Shown: positions 30,272 to 40,842, numbered from the whole stretch's first letter. The stretch is 62,196 nucleotides of DNA, filler included, from Deltaproteobacteria bacterium (GCA_016283195.1; 7 parts of 7 records of this genome joined end to end with filler, not necessarily neighbours in it); one strand, 5' to 3'. Notes: generated by a model not told the origin, from the letters alone. Translations and numbers: made by a program.

Positions 30272-33007
30272 TTACTCCAAAAAGCTCATCTGCTCCGGCC
30301 GCCCCATTTTGAGCTCGGCCGCCCGGGCCTGGATATCTGGCCAGGAAACCACCAAAGCATTGTAAGCATAGGCCTCTTGGGTCCACTTTTTGCGCTCGGC
30401 GATGGTATAGAGGCGATAAGCCAAATCCTTGGCCAGTTCGCCGGTGGTGCTGCCAGGCATAGCGGCCAGCGCTCTGGCCGTGCCATCTATGCCCCCTTTT
30501 TCCATCTTATAGGTGAGCCCCTGGCAAAGGAGCCAGAGGCTTTCTTCCGGGCGCAATTTTTCGGGCAATTCGCTGCGCTCTTTAAGGCGCACCAGCCCGT
30601 TTTTGGCCTCGATTATCCCCAGCTTGTCCATGGTGGCCACGGCCGTATTTTTGGCAGTGGCCAGGGTGTTGGCATCGCCAAATTTCATATCATTAAAGGC
30701 CACTTGGGCATAAAGCTCAACACAAAAACGGCTGATATTGTCCAGTTCGCTATCCTGCTCGTTAAAGTAAAGATCCACCTCCTGATTTATCACTTTTAGG
30801 GCGCTCCGCACATTCATGGGGGTGCCGTCGGCTTCCAAAACTCCGCTATACTTAGAATAAATGCCCATGCCCGGGCCAATGGCACTTTGGGCCAAATCCA
30901 CAGGGGCGATGTTGCTGTTTTTGAGTTTAGAGAGAGCCGGGCGCAGCTCGCGGCGCAGTTCGTTGACAAAGTTGCGGCGCGTGCAGATGGGGGCAGTAGG
31001 CGAGCGCTTGCGGCAGACCAGGACGATGGAGGAGGCGAGAGCATTAGTGCCATTCCCGATCGTTCTACCCGGTTTTTCTGTACGCATGGGCCAAGTACCA
31101 GTAATAGTAAAACCAGCACTTATAATAGCTGTTAGCATTGTTTCCCAACCAGAAGAAGCAGTGCCATTAATTACCTCATCGTTCTGCTTATAAGCATAAT
31201 AAATGGTTACCGGAATATCTTCTCTGGCATATTTATAAAGCTGTTTGCAAGTAGCTAACATGCCGTTTTCAAAGAAGGTTTTGGCTTTTTCTGTACTGCC
31301 GTCATGCCTATAAGGAGTGGCTATTAATTCTTCGGCTTTGGGCACCAGCATTGTTTTAAATAGCTCTGGGTAAATTTTATTTAAACTACGTCTTAGCCAA
31401 ACATAGAAATAATCTGATAAATCAGCATAACCAATATTGTCATAGTAAGGCGGATCGGTAGAAATTATAATATTTCTTAAATTACAATTACTTTGAGCAT
31501 CATATTGAATAGCTATTCCATTTGAAGTTGTTGGCAAAAGCCCAATACATTCAGTAACCCATTCAAGCATATTATCAAAACACCCAGACGAATTAGAAAA
31601 TGGGTTACCTTCGGCATAATCCCAAACCATAGGAATAGCCTGGCGGCCAAAAGTATTTCTTATTCCATCGCGTGGAGGATTCCACGAACAAATTGCTGAA
31701 TGATAATCAGCCATTTTATCAACCAAGAACCCCAAATACACCCCCACCGCCTGCCCATATTCCTGGGCATCCGCCCGCCCAAGGGCCTTAGCATCTTCTG
31801 CGGCCTGCTCCTGGGCAGCGGCCACTAGGTCGCTAAAGGTGGTGAGGGCGGTGAGCTGGCGGTTGGTGAATAAATCCGCATAATTAGCCATTCCAAAAGC
31901 GGGCGGACTAAACCAGCGCGGATTTTCCGGCATTGGTCCATCTGGATATTCCTTGGGTTTATCAACCTTAGCTGCCGCCAGTTGCTCGCTATCAGGCGAC
32001 AAATAAACACGCCCGCGTTTTCCTTCGGCCACCACCGCCATAAGCTGGCTGCCGATTTTGTGAGCTTTTCCTGCGTTTTTTACATATTCATCAAGAGTTA
32101 CTTCACCGCAACAAGGACACTTAAAAGCCGCTCCGCGACTCTGTTTAAATGATTCATATTCTTTGGGACAAATTCCGCTTTGCACTTCAAAACGCACTTG
32201 TTTTTTATCGGGAATGGGTTTTACCCAAGCTTCGTTTCCTTTTTTTTTCGATAAGATAAATGAGCTGGCCAGTGGCATCTCGCAGCCGCAGGCCGGGTTG
32301 GGGCATTTCACCGTGCGGGCCCAAATCCAGGCAATAACTGTGGCTTCCCCGCCGCCCTGGCTGGCCGGCAATTTTACCTTGGGGTAAAGGTGGCCAATTT
32401 GCTCAAAAGCCTTTTTTTTCATCCGCTCGCCATAATAGCGCACATCTTCGGCGAGGCCGGCGGCGCCCGGATAGCCGCTCTCATTAAAGTCGAGCTTGCG
32501 CCTGGCCTCCGGATTTACCGGGGCCAAAGAGGCAAAGCGCGGCGGAATTTCAATCATGGCTTTATTTATCATCACCGCCACCGGGTTTAAATCGTGAGCA
32601 TGAGCCGTAAGCCCCAGGCGCTGCGCCTCCAGCGGAATGGCGCCGCCGCCGGCAAAGGGGTCTAAGAGGGCCGGGATATCACCGCCAAGAGATTTTTCTA
32701 TCTCGGCTTTAGCTGCATTTAACACCTTGTCATTATTGGAATTTTCCCATTCAACCAGCTCTTCCAGTATTTTAAAGAGGCGATCTCTTTCAGCATTTTG
32801 CTCTTCTTCGCTCTTAAAGAGCTCCGGGTGGGCAGAAGGGTCATCCACCAGGGAGGCCCAAATCACTGCCCGGGCTGCTGCCAATGGGCGCCGGGCCCAC
32901 CAGAGATGGAGTGTTGAGGGGTGACCGTGGCGGATGGACTTTTCCCGCGCCGCTTCGGCATTTATCTTTTCCAGTGGCAGGGCCACCTCGATGAGTTTTT
33001 TAGCCAT
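30272..33007 (-). CDS. DUF1156 adenine-specific DNA methyltransferase
   Basis: KKLIEVALPL...HLWWARRPLAAAR; LDPFAGGGAIPLEA (SAM binding); STDPPYYDN (catalytic); CxxC zinc ribbons. Confidence 0.93.
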   Translation of the reverse strand: MAKKLIEVALPLEKINAEAAREKSIRHGHPSTLHLWWARRPLAAARAVIWASLVDDPSAHPELFKSEEEQNAERDRLFKILEELVEWENSNNDKVLNAAKAEIEKSLGGDIPALLDPFAGGGAIPLEAQRLGLTAHAHDLNPVAVMINKAMIEIPPRFASLAPVNPEARRKLDFNESGYPGAAGLAEDVRYYGERMKKKAFEQIGHLYPKVKLPASQGGGEATVIAWIWARTVKCPNPACGCEMPLASSFILSKKKGNEAWVKPIPDKKQVRFEVQSGICPKEYESFKQSRGAAFKCPCCGEVTLDEYVKNAGKAHKIGSQLMAVVAEGKRGRVYLSPDSEQLAAAKVDKPKEYPDGPMPENPRWFSPPAFGMANYADLFTNRQLTALTTFSDLVAAAQEQAAEDAKALGRADAQEYGQAVGVYLGFLVDKMADYHSAICSWNPPRDGIRNTFGRQAIPMVWDYAEGNPFSNSSGCFDNMLEWVTECIGLLPTTSNGIAIQYDAQSNCNLRNIIISTDPPYYDNIGYADLSDYFYVWLRRSLNKIYPELFKTMLVPKAEELIATPYRHDGSTEKAKTFFENGMLATCKQLYKYAREDIPVTIYYAYKQNDEVINGTASSGWETMLTAIISAGFTITGTWPMRTEKPGRTIGNGTNALASSIVLVCRKRSPTAPICTRRNFVNELRRELRPALSKLKNSNIAPVDLAQSAIGPGMGIYSKYSGVLEADGTPMNVRSALKVINQEVDLYFNEQDSELDNISRFCVELYAQVAFNDMKFGDANTLATAKNTAVATMDKLGIIEAKNGLVRLKERSELPEKLRPEESLWLLCQGLTYKMEKGGIDGTARALAAMPGSTTGELAKDLAYRLYTIAERKKWTQEAYAYNALVVSWPDIQARAAELKMGRPEQMSFLE

Positions 33008-33147
33008 GATGTCGCTTCCTCTCAGAGAATAGCTCTAAGCAGCGGCAATATATAAGCTCCAAGCTATTTCGACAAGGGTGTTCAATAAGTCGTTGTCGGG
33101 CAGAAACAAAGAGTTTATAATCACTTGCCATTTTGGGAGGTAGCGGC

Positions 33148-34218
33148 ATGATAAACAGCCTCACAGTAAAAAACTTCCGCGGAATTAAGCAGTTAGAGTT
33201 ACCGGAGTTGGCACCGTTCACCCTTCTTACCGGGCGTAACAACGTTGGAAAAAGTTCTATCCTGGAAGCCATTTTCCTTTTTATCGGGCACACCGATGTT
33301 GAAATATTCAGCAAACTAAATCTTTTTCGCGGCATAGGGACCTTCATGCATCCTTCAGCGATATGGGATCCGCTATTTTATGGCCTGGATTCCGATAGTA
33401 TGCTGGAAATTGCCATGTCTTTCGATGAAAAACAATCTAGCCTTAGCTATGAAAGAGACGACAATTACATTCCGGCCGATAAAAACCCCGCTATACAAAA
33501 CGCTTATAGCCAATTTTCAGCCGGAACCAGATCAACATACACCCTTAAATTCAATTTTAAAAACGGCGCTGATTACACAGAAGAAGGCGCTTTTTCCATT
33601 AACGATACCGGCTTTTTGCGCAATATAGTGACCAACCGCCCCAATAATCAAATCCGCTATTTACCAGGTACCCATTTTATTAATTGGAATACTATGCAGG
33701 ATCCTTTTATAGTCAATGCCATTGGCAGCTTGGAATTAAAAGGGCAAAAGCCGGATATTGTTAAAGCCTTGCAAATTATTGAACCCAATCTTAGCGATAT
33801 TATTACTATTTCCAATCAAGGCCATGTGCAGCTTTATGCCAAAATTTCCAGCCAGATTTTGCCTTTAAAATTGGCAGGTTATGGCTTAAATCGCTTGCTG
33901 CTCTTCATTTTGGCTATTCTTAACACTCCAAACTCTGTTGTTTTGATTGATGAGTTTGGGGCCGGAATACACTATAGTTCTTTGCCCAAATGCTGGCAGG
34001 TGGCTCTGGCTGTTGCCCGGGAAAACAACTGCCAAATTATTGCCACCACTCATAGTTATGAATGTCTGCAAAGCGCTTTGGCCGGCATTGAGGCGGCCAA
34101 CTTGCAAGATGATTTCTGTCTTTACCGTATCGAGCGCCAAAATGAAGAAAACCGCGCTTTTCGTTATAACGGCGAATTAGCTCGTTTTGCTGTCGATTCC
34201 AATATGGAGGTGCGCTAA
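33148..34218 (+). CDS. AAA_15/AAA_21 ABC-type ATPase
   Basis: RBS GGAGG; VKNFRGI, GRNNVGKSSILEA, LIDEFGAGIH, QIIATTHS. Confidence 0.9.
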   Translation: MINSLTVKNFRGIKQLELPELAPFTLLTGRNNVGKSSILEAIFLFIGHTDVEIFSKLNLFRGIGTFMHPSAIWDPLFYGLDSDSMLEIAMSFDEKQSSLSYERDDNYIPADKNPAIQNAYSQFSAGTRSTYTLKFNFKNGADYTEEGAFSINDTGFLRNIVTNRPNNQIRYLPGTHFINWNTMQDPFIVNAIGSLELKGQKPDIVKALQIIEPNLSDIITISNQGHVQLYAKISSQILPLKLAGYGLNRLLLFILAILNTPNSVVLIDEFGAGIHYSSLPKCWQVALAVARENNCQIIATTHSYECLQSALAGIEAANLQDDFCLYRIERQNEENRAFRYNGELARFAVDSNMEVR

Positions 34219-34886
34219 TGGCGCCGGTTAAGCAGGAGATACACGCTGGTATGCAGCATCTGCTGCTTTGTGAAGGATTGGATGCCCAAAATTTTTTAAT
34301 CTACTACCTTAATAGTTCTGTTTTTTCGTCATACAGCGCTTTGCAACAAACTGTCCAGGTGGTGGATTTTGGCGGCATCAGGCAACTTTCCACGGCAATC
34401 AATGCCTGGAAAAACATGGAAGGATTTGAAAACATTAAATCTCTACTGGTTATCCGCGATGCCGAAGCAAGTGCTACCGATGCCGCGCAAAGTGTGAAGG
34501 ATGCTTTTAAAAAGGCCGCTCTCCCGCCGCCTGATGGTCCTAATTCCCTCTTTAAAGGCTCTGCCATATCCACAGGATTTACCCTCTTCCCTTCTTGCGA
34601 TAAGCTCCCGCAAAATGGCACACTGGAAGACTTATGTCTTAATATTCTTCAAGAAAAAGAAAGCAGGATATTAGAAGAAATAGAAGTCTTTATGAATAAG
34701 CTTGGGCAGGAAAAACTGAGAGAATTTCCTCACAGATTTAAAACTAAATTGCACACATATTTTTCCCTCACCGATAAGTATGTCTCATTAAAAATCGGTG
34801 AAGCGGCCAAGGCCGGAGCTTTTGATTGGACCTCGCCAAAACTTAATTCGCTGCGTGATTTTTTAATAAGCATAGTGCAGGATTAA
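34218..34886 (+). CDS. DUF3226-like (TOPRIM/OLD-like) partner of the ABC ATPase
   Basis: Translationally coupled (TAATG); LLLCEGLD, LVIRDAE, GTLEDLC, GAFDW. Confidence 0.75.
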   Translation: MAPVKQEIHAGMQHLLLCEGLDAQNFLIYYLNSSVFSSYSALQQTVQVVDFGGIRQLSTAINAWKNMEGFENIKSLLVIRDAEASATDAAQSVKDAFKKAALPPPDGPNSLFKGSAISTGFTLFPSCDKLPQNGTLEDLCLNILQEKESRILEEIEVFMNKLGQEKLREFPHRFKTKLHTYFSLTDKYVSLKIGEAAKAGAFDWTSPKLNSLRDFLISIVQD

Positions 34887-34891
34887 TAGCC

Positions 34892-37800
34892 TCATTCTTT
34901 ATAAACCACCTCGGCGTTAGCCATCAAAACAGCAATATCATAATTTACGCTGGTGGCGGCAAACTCCGGCGCGGTTTTAAAAGGCTTTTTTAAATAGGTG
35001 GTTCTGCTTTTATCGCCCTCCACTTCCACAATAGCCAAAATAAAGTCTTTACCTTTGTTTAAAGCGCAGGAAATTTCATTTTTCGTTACTGTCACCGTAC
35101 TGGCTCCTTTTATCCGGCTCTTCACTTCTATAAAACGCAGACTCGCCCCGTCATCTTCTCGTAATTCTTGGGGAATTTCCGATTCTATATCATAGCCCAC
35201 CTTTTCGCCGCTCACATCTTTGGGGCTAAAGCCCAGGCGGCGCTCAATATCCATAACCGCTTTCATGCCGGCATATTCCACCGCTTGCCTGTCTCCCAGG
35301 CTAAAGGTATCTGGCGCACTTTTAGGCATAAGTTCCGCCAAAAGACCTTTGGGAATTACCAGCGAACCGCCGATAATGCGCGGCGGCAAAGTGCTTATTC
35401 GCCGTTCGGCAGCTATTTCATTAAGGCGGGCATTAAGCCGATTTTGCAATTCATCGGCCCGCCGTGCGGCATTGGCGGCCGTGAGGCGCTGATTACCTTT
35501 GCCCTCTGCCTCTTGCTTTTGAAGCTCGCCGGCTCTATAGTCCCAATATCGTATTTCCATCTCCAGGCGCTCTTTTACCGCTTTTTCTATTTTATCCAGC
35601 ATTTTTAGCTTATGCGCTTTTACCCGGGCATAATGGGCCGGCATAATTTGGGTAACGGCATAAGTCTCGGCCCGTTCTTCCACCCCGTGCGCAAGCCACT
35701 CCTGCTTTTTTATATAAGCATATACCGGCTCTTTTTCTTCTTCTTTTAGCGCCCGATAATCCAGATAAGGCGCATAGCCGCCACTTACGGCTGTGCCGTC
35801 TTTTTTTAATTCCGCAAAGTGCATATTTTTAGAAATAACGCGCTTCGGGCCGCTCGGTAAAGAAAGGCCGTCCTGAATGGTATCTTCAATATAAAAGAGG
35901 AGGCGCTCCTCCAGGCCAAAATCGTTTTCGTCCACAAAAACGGTGCCTTGCTTTAAAAGCGCGCCATAGCGCTCCAGGAGTACGGCGCTGGTCGCCTCCA
36001 AAAGCGGATGGCCGGGGCAGATAAATTCGGCCGGCACCCGGCCGGGAATATTCAGCTTATCCTTTTCAAAGGCAATACGCTCATATCTTTTAGTTATCGT
36101 TTTTCCGAAACCTGTTATTTTATCGCTATTTATAATAGCAGCCGGCACCGAGGTAATTTCATAGCGGCCGTCTTCGCGCTGATGAATGCTCCCGCCCAGC
36201 TTTTGCAAAGCGGCCCTAAAATAGGCCTCTATAAAATAGGGCTGCAACTTGTGGGCTTCAATGCGCTCCATCTCGGCGCGGATAGCCTGCACTTTGGAGA
36301 GATCCATCGTGTCTTCGGTGAGCGCGTTTTCGGCAATAAGCGCGCTAAACTTTTCTTTGCTCATCGAGCTATCCACTACTTGCTGGAGGCGCTCGCGCAC
36401 CTTGGGGTCATTGCCGTAGCGAATGGCCTCAATCAAGAGTTCTTTCAGCGGGCGATTATCAAACTTTATATTGCCCAGGATATCAAAGACTTTGCCGCCA
36501 AGAGCATTTCTCTCCTCTTCCAGCTTTTCTAAAAGTCTTTTAAAAACCATGCCTTCCCGCGTTTCCGGCGACACCAGATTCCACAGGTGGCACACCTCAG
36601 TTTGGCCGATGCGGTGAATGCGCCCAAAGCGCTGTTCCAGGCGGTTGGGATTCCAGGGCAGGTCATAATTAATCATGAGGTGGGCCCGTTGCAGGTTGAT
36701 ACCCTCACCGGCAGCATCGGTGGCAATTAAAATACGCACCTCTTTATCCTGTTTAAAACGCTCTTCCACCCGGTGCCGTTCTTCCCGCAGCATGCTGCCG
36801 TGAATGGCCACCACTGCCTCCTCGCGGCCGAAAAGGGTGCGTATTTTGGTGGCAAGATAATTTAGCGTATCTCTATGCTCGGTAAAAATAATGAGTTTTT
36901 CACGCTGACCGTCGGGGTCAAACATATATTTTTCGTCCTGGAGCAGGCGCGAAAGCTCTTCCCACTTGCGATCCTCACCGCTAAAGCGCACTTCTTGGGC
37001 CAGCTTTTCCAGCTTTTTCAGCCTGGCTATTTCCGCTTCCATTTCCTGAATGCTAGCGGCCGCCGAAGCTTTTACAGCTATATTTTCCTGCGCCTCTTCC
37101 AGCTCTTCCGGGGTAAAATCTTCTTCGTCGTAATCATCATCCAGGTAATCATCAGGAAGAGCGCGCGCGGGCTGATATTCTTCAACCGCCCGGCCCAGCT
37201 TTTCTTCTTTAAGGCGACTTTCCAAGCGTTCGCGCCGCCTCTTAAGCGACTCATAAATAGCTTCCGGCGAAGAGGCCAGGCGCCTTTGCAAAATGGTTAA
37301 AGCAAAACCAACGGTAGTTTTCCGCCCTTTTGAGAGTTTATCGGCGCGGTCAAACTCGTGGCGCACATATTCTGTAACTTCGCGGTATAGCTCGGCTTCC
37401 CCAGGCGATAAATCATAATTCACCGTGTAGGCCCGGCGCTCCGGAAAGAGCGGGCGGCCATCGAATTTTAAGAGATCTTCTTTTACCAGGCGGCGCATAA
37501 TATCGGAAACATCCATCTTCTGCGCGCTGGAACGCTTTACCCCTTCAAAGCGATCGGGATCAATAAGGGATAAAAAGAGCTGAAAATCCGCCTCCTTACC
37601 ATTGTGTGGTGTGGCTGTTAAGAGCAAAAAATGGCGGGTGATATTGGAAAGCATTTTTCCCAGCAAAAAGCGCTTGGTATATTTTACCTCATCGCCGCTT
37701 ATGCTGGCGGCCATCTTGTGGGCTTCATCCACCACAATTAGGTCCCATTCCGTCTCTTTTAATTTTTGCTGCAAATTTTCGTTCCTGGCCAGTTTATCCA

Positions 37801-38419
37801 GGCGGGCAATGCAAAAATTTATTTCACTAAAGGCGTTTCCGCTCACCGCCGCCTCTAGGCGGTCATTAGTAAGTATTTCAAATTTAAGATGAAATTTATT
37901 AAACATCTCATCTTGCCACTGTTCGGAAAGGCTGCCCGGCGAAACAATAAGACAGCGCTTTAAATCGCCGCGCACAATAAGTTCTTTGAGCAAGAGGCCG
38001 GTCATAATCGTTTTACCGGCGCCGGGATCATCGGCCAGAATATAGCGCAGTGGCAGGCGCGGCAGCATTTCCTGATAAACGGCGGAAATCTGGTGCGGCA
38101 GCGGCTCCACCGAGGAGGTATGCACCGCTAGATAAGGGTCAAAAAGATGAGCTAATTTAATACGATAGGCCTCGGAAACCAGGCGCATAATATCGCCGTC
38201 GGCACTAAAAGACCAAGGCAAATTATCCTTTTCCAGGGTGAGGCCGGCTTCATGCTCGCGATAGAGCATTTGATTACCCAGTTCGCCCAAGTTGTCTTTA
38301 TAAGTAACTTCGAGCGCCGCATCGCCAAAGCGCTTAATAGACAATATTTCGGCAATATTATCACCGTTTAAAAGGCCTTTTACTCTGCTGCCGACAGTTA
38401 ATTCTTCCAAACGGGCCAT
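34892..38419 (-). CDS. SNF2-family helicase with C-terminal DUF3883 nuclease
   Basis: LADDPGAGKTI, VDEAHK, LTATPHNG, ATDAAGEGINLQ, QRFGRIHRIGQ; GYDIES...RFIEVK; RBS GGAGGA before MARLEEL. Confidence 0.93.
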   Translation of the reverse strand: MARLEELTVGSRVKGLLNGDNIAEILSIKRFGDAALEVTYKDNLGELGNQMLYREHEAGLTLEKDNLPWSFSADGDIMRLVSEAYRIKLAHLFDPYLAVHTSSVEPLPHQISAVYQEMLPRLPLRYILADDPGAGKTIMTGLLLKELIVRGDLKRCLIVSPGSLSEQWQDEMFNKFHLKFEILTNDRLEAAVSGNAFSEINFCIARLDKLARNENLQQKLKETEWDLIVVDEAHKMAASISGDEVKYTKRFLLGKMLSNITRHFLLLTATPHNGKEADFQLFLSLIDPDRFEGVKRSSAQKMDVSDIMRRLVKEDLLKFDGRPLFPERRAYTVNYDLSPGEAELYREVTEYVRHEFDRADKLSKGRKTTVGFALTILQRRLASSPEAIYESLKRRRERLESRLKEEKLGRAVEEYQPARALPDDYLDDDYDEEDFTPEELEEAQENIAVKASAAASIQEMEAEIARLKKLEKLAQEVRFSGEDRKWEELSRLLQDEKYMFDPDGQREKLIIFTEHRDTLNYLATKIRTLFGREEAVVAIHGSMLREERHRVEERFKQDKEVRILIATDAAGEGINLQRAHLMINYDLPWNPNRLEQRFGRIHRIGQTEVCHLWNLVSPETREGMVFKRLLEKLEEERNALGGKVFDILGNIKFDNRPLKELLIEAIRYGNDPKVRERLQQVVDSSMSKEKFSALIAENALTEDTMDLSKVQAIRAEMERIEAHKLQPYFIEAYFRAALQKLGGSIHQREDGRYEITSVPAAIINSDKITGFGKTITKRYERIAFEKDKLNIPGRVPAEFICPGHPLLEATSAVLLERYGALLKQGTVFVDENDFGLEERLLFYIEDTIQDGLSLPSGPKRVISKNMHFAELKKDGTAVSGGYAPYLDYRALKEEEKEPVYAYIKKQEWLAHGVEERAETYAVTQIMPAHYARVKAHKLKMLDKIEKAVKERLEMEIRYWDYRAGELQKQEAEGKGNQRLTAANAARRADELQNRLNARLNEIAAERRISTLPPRIIGGSLVIPKGLLAELMPKSAPDTFSLGDRQAVEYAGMKAVMDIERRLGFSPKDVSGEKVGYDIESEIPQELREDDGASLRFIEVKSRIKGASTVTVTKNEISCALNKGKDFILAIVEVEGDKSRTTYLKKPFKTAPEFAATSVNYDIAVLMANAEVVYKE

Positions 38420-38565
38420 CTTATCCTCCGCACCCTGCCAAAAGCCCCGCCATGCTAGCACAGGCCGGGCCATTCTTAAAGTGGGAGCTTATAATTTGGT
38501 TAAAAGGGATATTTTGTTAAATTATAGGGCTCTAAGCCCCGCTGCAGGTGACCTGGTGAGCAAAC

Positions 38566-38640
38566 GAAAGTAGCGGAGGTTTCCCCCAAAAAAAGAAAAA
38601 ACAGAATAAAATCAAAGAAAGATTCGTAAGAAACGGGCCC
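38566..38640 (-). repeat. Partial copy of the dispersed repeat
   Basis: gaaagtagcggaggtttccccc...aaacagaataaaat...agaaacgggc matches the reverse complement of ~24710-24781. Confidence 0.75.
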
Positions 38641-38736
38641 ACGCCCTTCGGCAAGAAGTCAAGTTGAGAGGGAAAAATTGAAAACCGGCTTTTCTCTCCG
38701 CTTGGGAGATAGTGATTATTCAATAATATCGCCTGA

Positions 38737-39222
38737 TTGTCGGGGGTGAGGTCAGAGGTAGAGAGCCAAAAAGTTTTAACCGACGGCCTAGGCCTCCATT
38801 TTCTGGAGCTCACAAAATTAAAAGATTGTGTTAACATGGATAAAGAGCTGCGAGAGTGGCTTAATTTCTTCCATCATGGGCATGAGGAGGATTACATGGT
38901 TAGCGGAGCAAGTGCGGCAGTCGTTAAAGCCAATAACTGGTTCGCAAATTTTAAGGATGATGATTATATGTCCAGCCAGGCGTTTTTACGGGCCAAGAAC
39001 TTACGTGACCAAGCGGCTATTCGCAAGGCCGCCTTGGAAGATGGTCGTGAGGAAGGCCGAGCAGAAGGGCGAGCAGAAGGCCGAGCAGAAGGCCGAGCAG
39101 AAGGCCGAGCAGAAGGGCGAGCAGAAGAAAAAGTGCTTTTGGCCAAAAAATTCATGGCTCTCGGCCACAGTAAAGAAGAAGCCGCGAAATTTGCGGAAAT
39201 TGATGTGAAATTGCTTGATTAG
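38737..39222 (+). pseudogene. Rpn/YhgA-like (PD-(D/E)XK nuclease family transposase-like) C-terminal fragment with an intact internal small ORF at 38896..39222
   Basis: LHFLELTK...LREWLNFF, RDQ..., (RAEG)n and helical tail; N-terminal nuclease absent; in-frame GAGGAGG-5nt-ATG at 38896. Confidence 0.75.
39052..39128 (+). repeat. 12-bp in-frame repeat (EGRA x ~6)
   Basis: gaaggccgagca / gaagggcgagca units. Confidence 0.9.
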
Positions 39223-39278
39223 TCAGTAATAATTGCCCAGCAAGCCGAATCCGGGCGGGATGCCGGGGAGATGGCCCT

Positions 39279-39826
39279 TTACTGCCCTAAAGTGAGCATC
39301 CGCTGGAACTCATCGGGATTGGTGGCCGCCAGTTTGGCCACCTCAAGCGAAATTTGTTTTTGCCTATAGAGAATGAGCACATGGTCGTCAAAAGTCTGCA
39401 TACCGTAGAGCTCGCGGCCTTGGTGGATATGCTGCGGCAATTCCGCTAGTTTTTCCGGATTTCTGATGCACTCCTGAATAGAGCGGGTGGAGCGCAAAAT
39501 TTCCACCGCCGGCACGCGGCTCTTGCCGTCGATATGCGGCAAAAGGCGCAGAGAAACAATAGCTTTTAAACTCTCGGCCAAACGCAGCCGGGCCGATTCA
39601 TGGTCGCCGGTGGGAAAGAGGCCGATAAAGCGTTGCACGGTGCGGATGGTATCCGGTGTGTGAATGGCGCTGATGACCAGGTGGCCGGTCTCCGCCCCTT
39701 TCAGGCAAATATCGGCTGTTTCGGCATCGCGGATTTCGCCCAGCATGATGACATCGGGATCCTGGCGCATAGCCGAAACAATGGCTTGGCGGTAACTCGC
39801 CGTATCGGAACCCACTTCGCGCTGGA
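39279..39826 (-). CDS. pilT: Type IV pilus retraction ATPase PilT-family, 5'-truncated
   Basis: QREVGSD, AMRQDPDVIMLGEIRD, AETGHLV, GMQTFD. Confidence 0.85.
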
Positions 39827-39926
39827 NNNNNNNNNNNNNNNNNNNNNNNNNNNNNNNNNNNNNNNNNNNNTTAATTAATTAANNNNNNNNNNNNNNNNNN
39901 NNNNNNNNNNNNNNNNNNNNNNNNNN
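39827..39926. other. Artificial contig spacer
   Basis: Same linker. Confidence 0.98.
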
Positions 39927-40233
39927 CGGCGGAAGAAGGGGTGTGGGGAAAAGTGGAGATTTTCGCCTCGAGTACCCTACACTGGAATTTGACATTTTCA
40001 CGATAGCCTTTCTGTACGCTGCGTGAAAGACTAATCTCTTTATCACCCAGCCCCCTTCCTCCTCTGGAGAGAAGAAACTTTAGTGCCGTTTATTTCCCTG
40101 CCTCTGGATGAAAAAAGGCCCCACATTTGCGATCTTCCCGCCCGCCTATTTTTCTTTGCAAGCAGTCGCATTTTTTATAAAATACCGCCGGCCCGGTAAG
40201 TGGGCCCATTTGCCATCTTGGAGTAACAACAAA

Positions 40234-40842
40234 ATGAAATATTCTCTCATGCACCCTTGCGCCTGGCTATTTATGGCCATTTGTCTCTTCTTCAGCCTGC
40301 CCGCCTGTGCCACCCGCACTCCCACCGACAAACGGCCCGAAGCGGCGGTTAAAGGCGAGACCAAGGTACTGGTGGCCTATATGACCTGGTCCGGCCATTT
40401 GCGCACTCTGGCCGAATGGGTAGCCGATGAAAGCAAAGGCGAGCTTTTTCGCATTCTCACGGTGAACCCTTATCCCGAAAGTTATACAGAAGCCATTATG
40501 CGCTCCAAAGAAGAGCTGAATAACAACACCCTGCCGGAGCTGGCAACGCATATCCCTCCGGAAATTATGGCCAAATATAACACCATATATATTGGCTTTC
40601 CCATTTGGTGGTACGATGTGCCCATGCCGGTGCGCACTTTTGCCAAAGAATATGATTTTGCCGGTAAAAAGATTATTCCCTTCTTTTCGCACCAGGGAAC
40701 TTCCGACGGCGGCCAAAGCGCTAAAACACTCAAAGCCATCTTTCCCAAATCAGAGGTGGTTAGCGATATGTTATCGATTCGCGGCACCAAGGCCAAGGAT
40801 TCAGAAGCCGCAGTGCGGGCGTGGGTGAAAAAGCAGAAGTAA
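40234..40842 (+). CDS. Flavodoxin-like (Flavodoxin_4) lipoprotein
   Basis: LPAC lipobox; VLVAYMTWSGH, IYIGFPIWWY, FAGKKIIPFFSH. Confidence 0.85.
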   Translation: MKYSLMHPCAWLFMAICLFFSLPACATRTPTDKRPEAAVKGETKVLVAYMTWSGHLRTLAEWVADESKGELFRILTVNPYPESYTEAIMRSKEELNNNTLPELATHIPPEIMAKYNTIYIGFPIWWYDVPMPVRTFAKEYDFAGKKIIPFFSHQGTSDGGQSAKTLKAIFPKSEVVSDMLSIRGTKAKDSEAAVRAWVKKQK

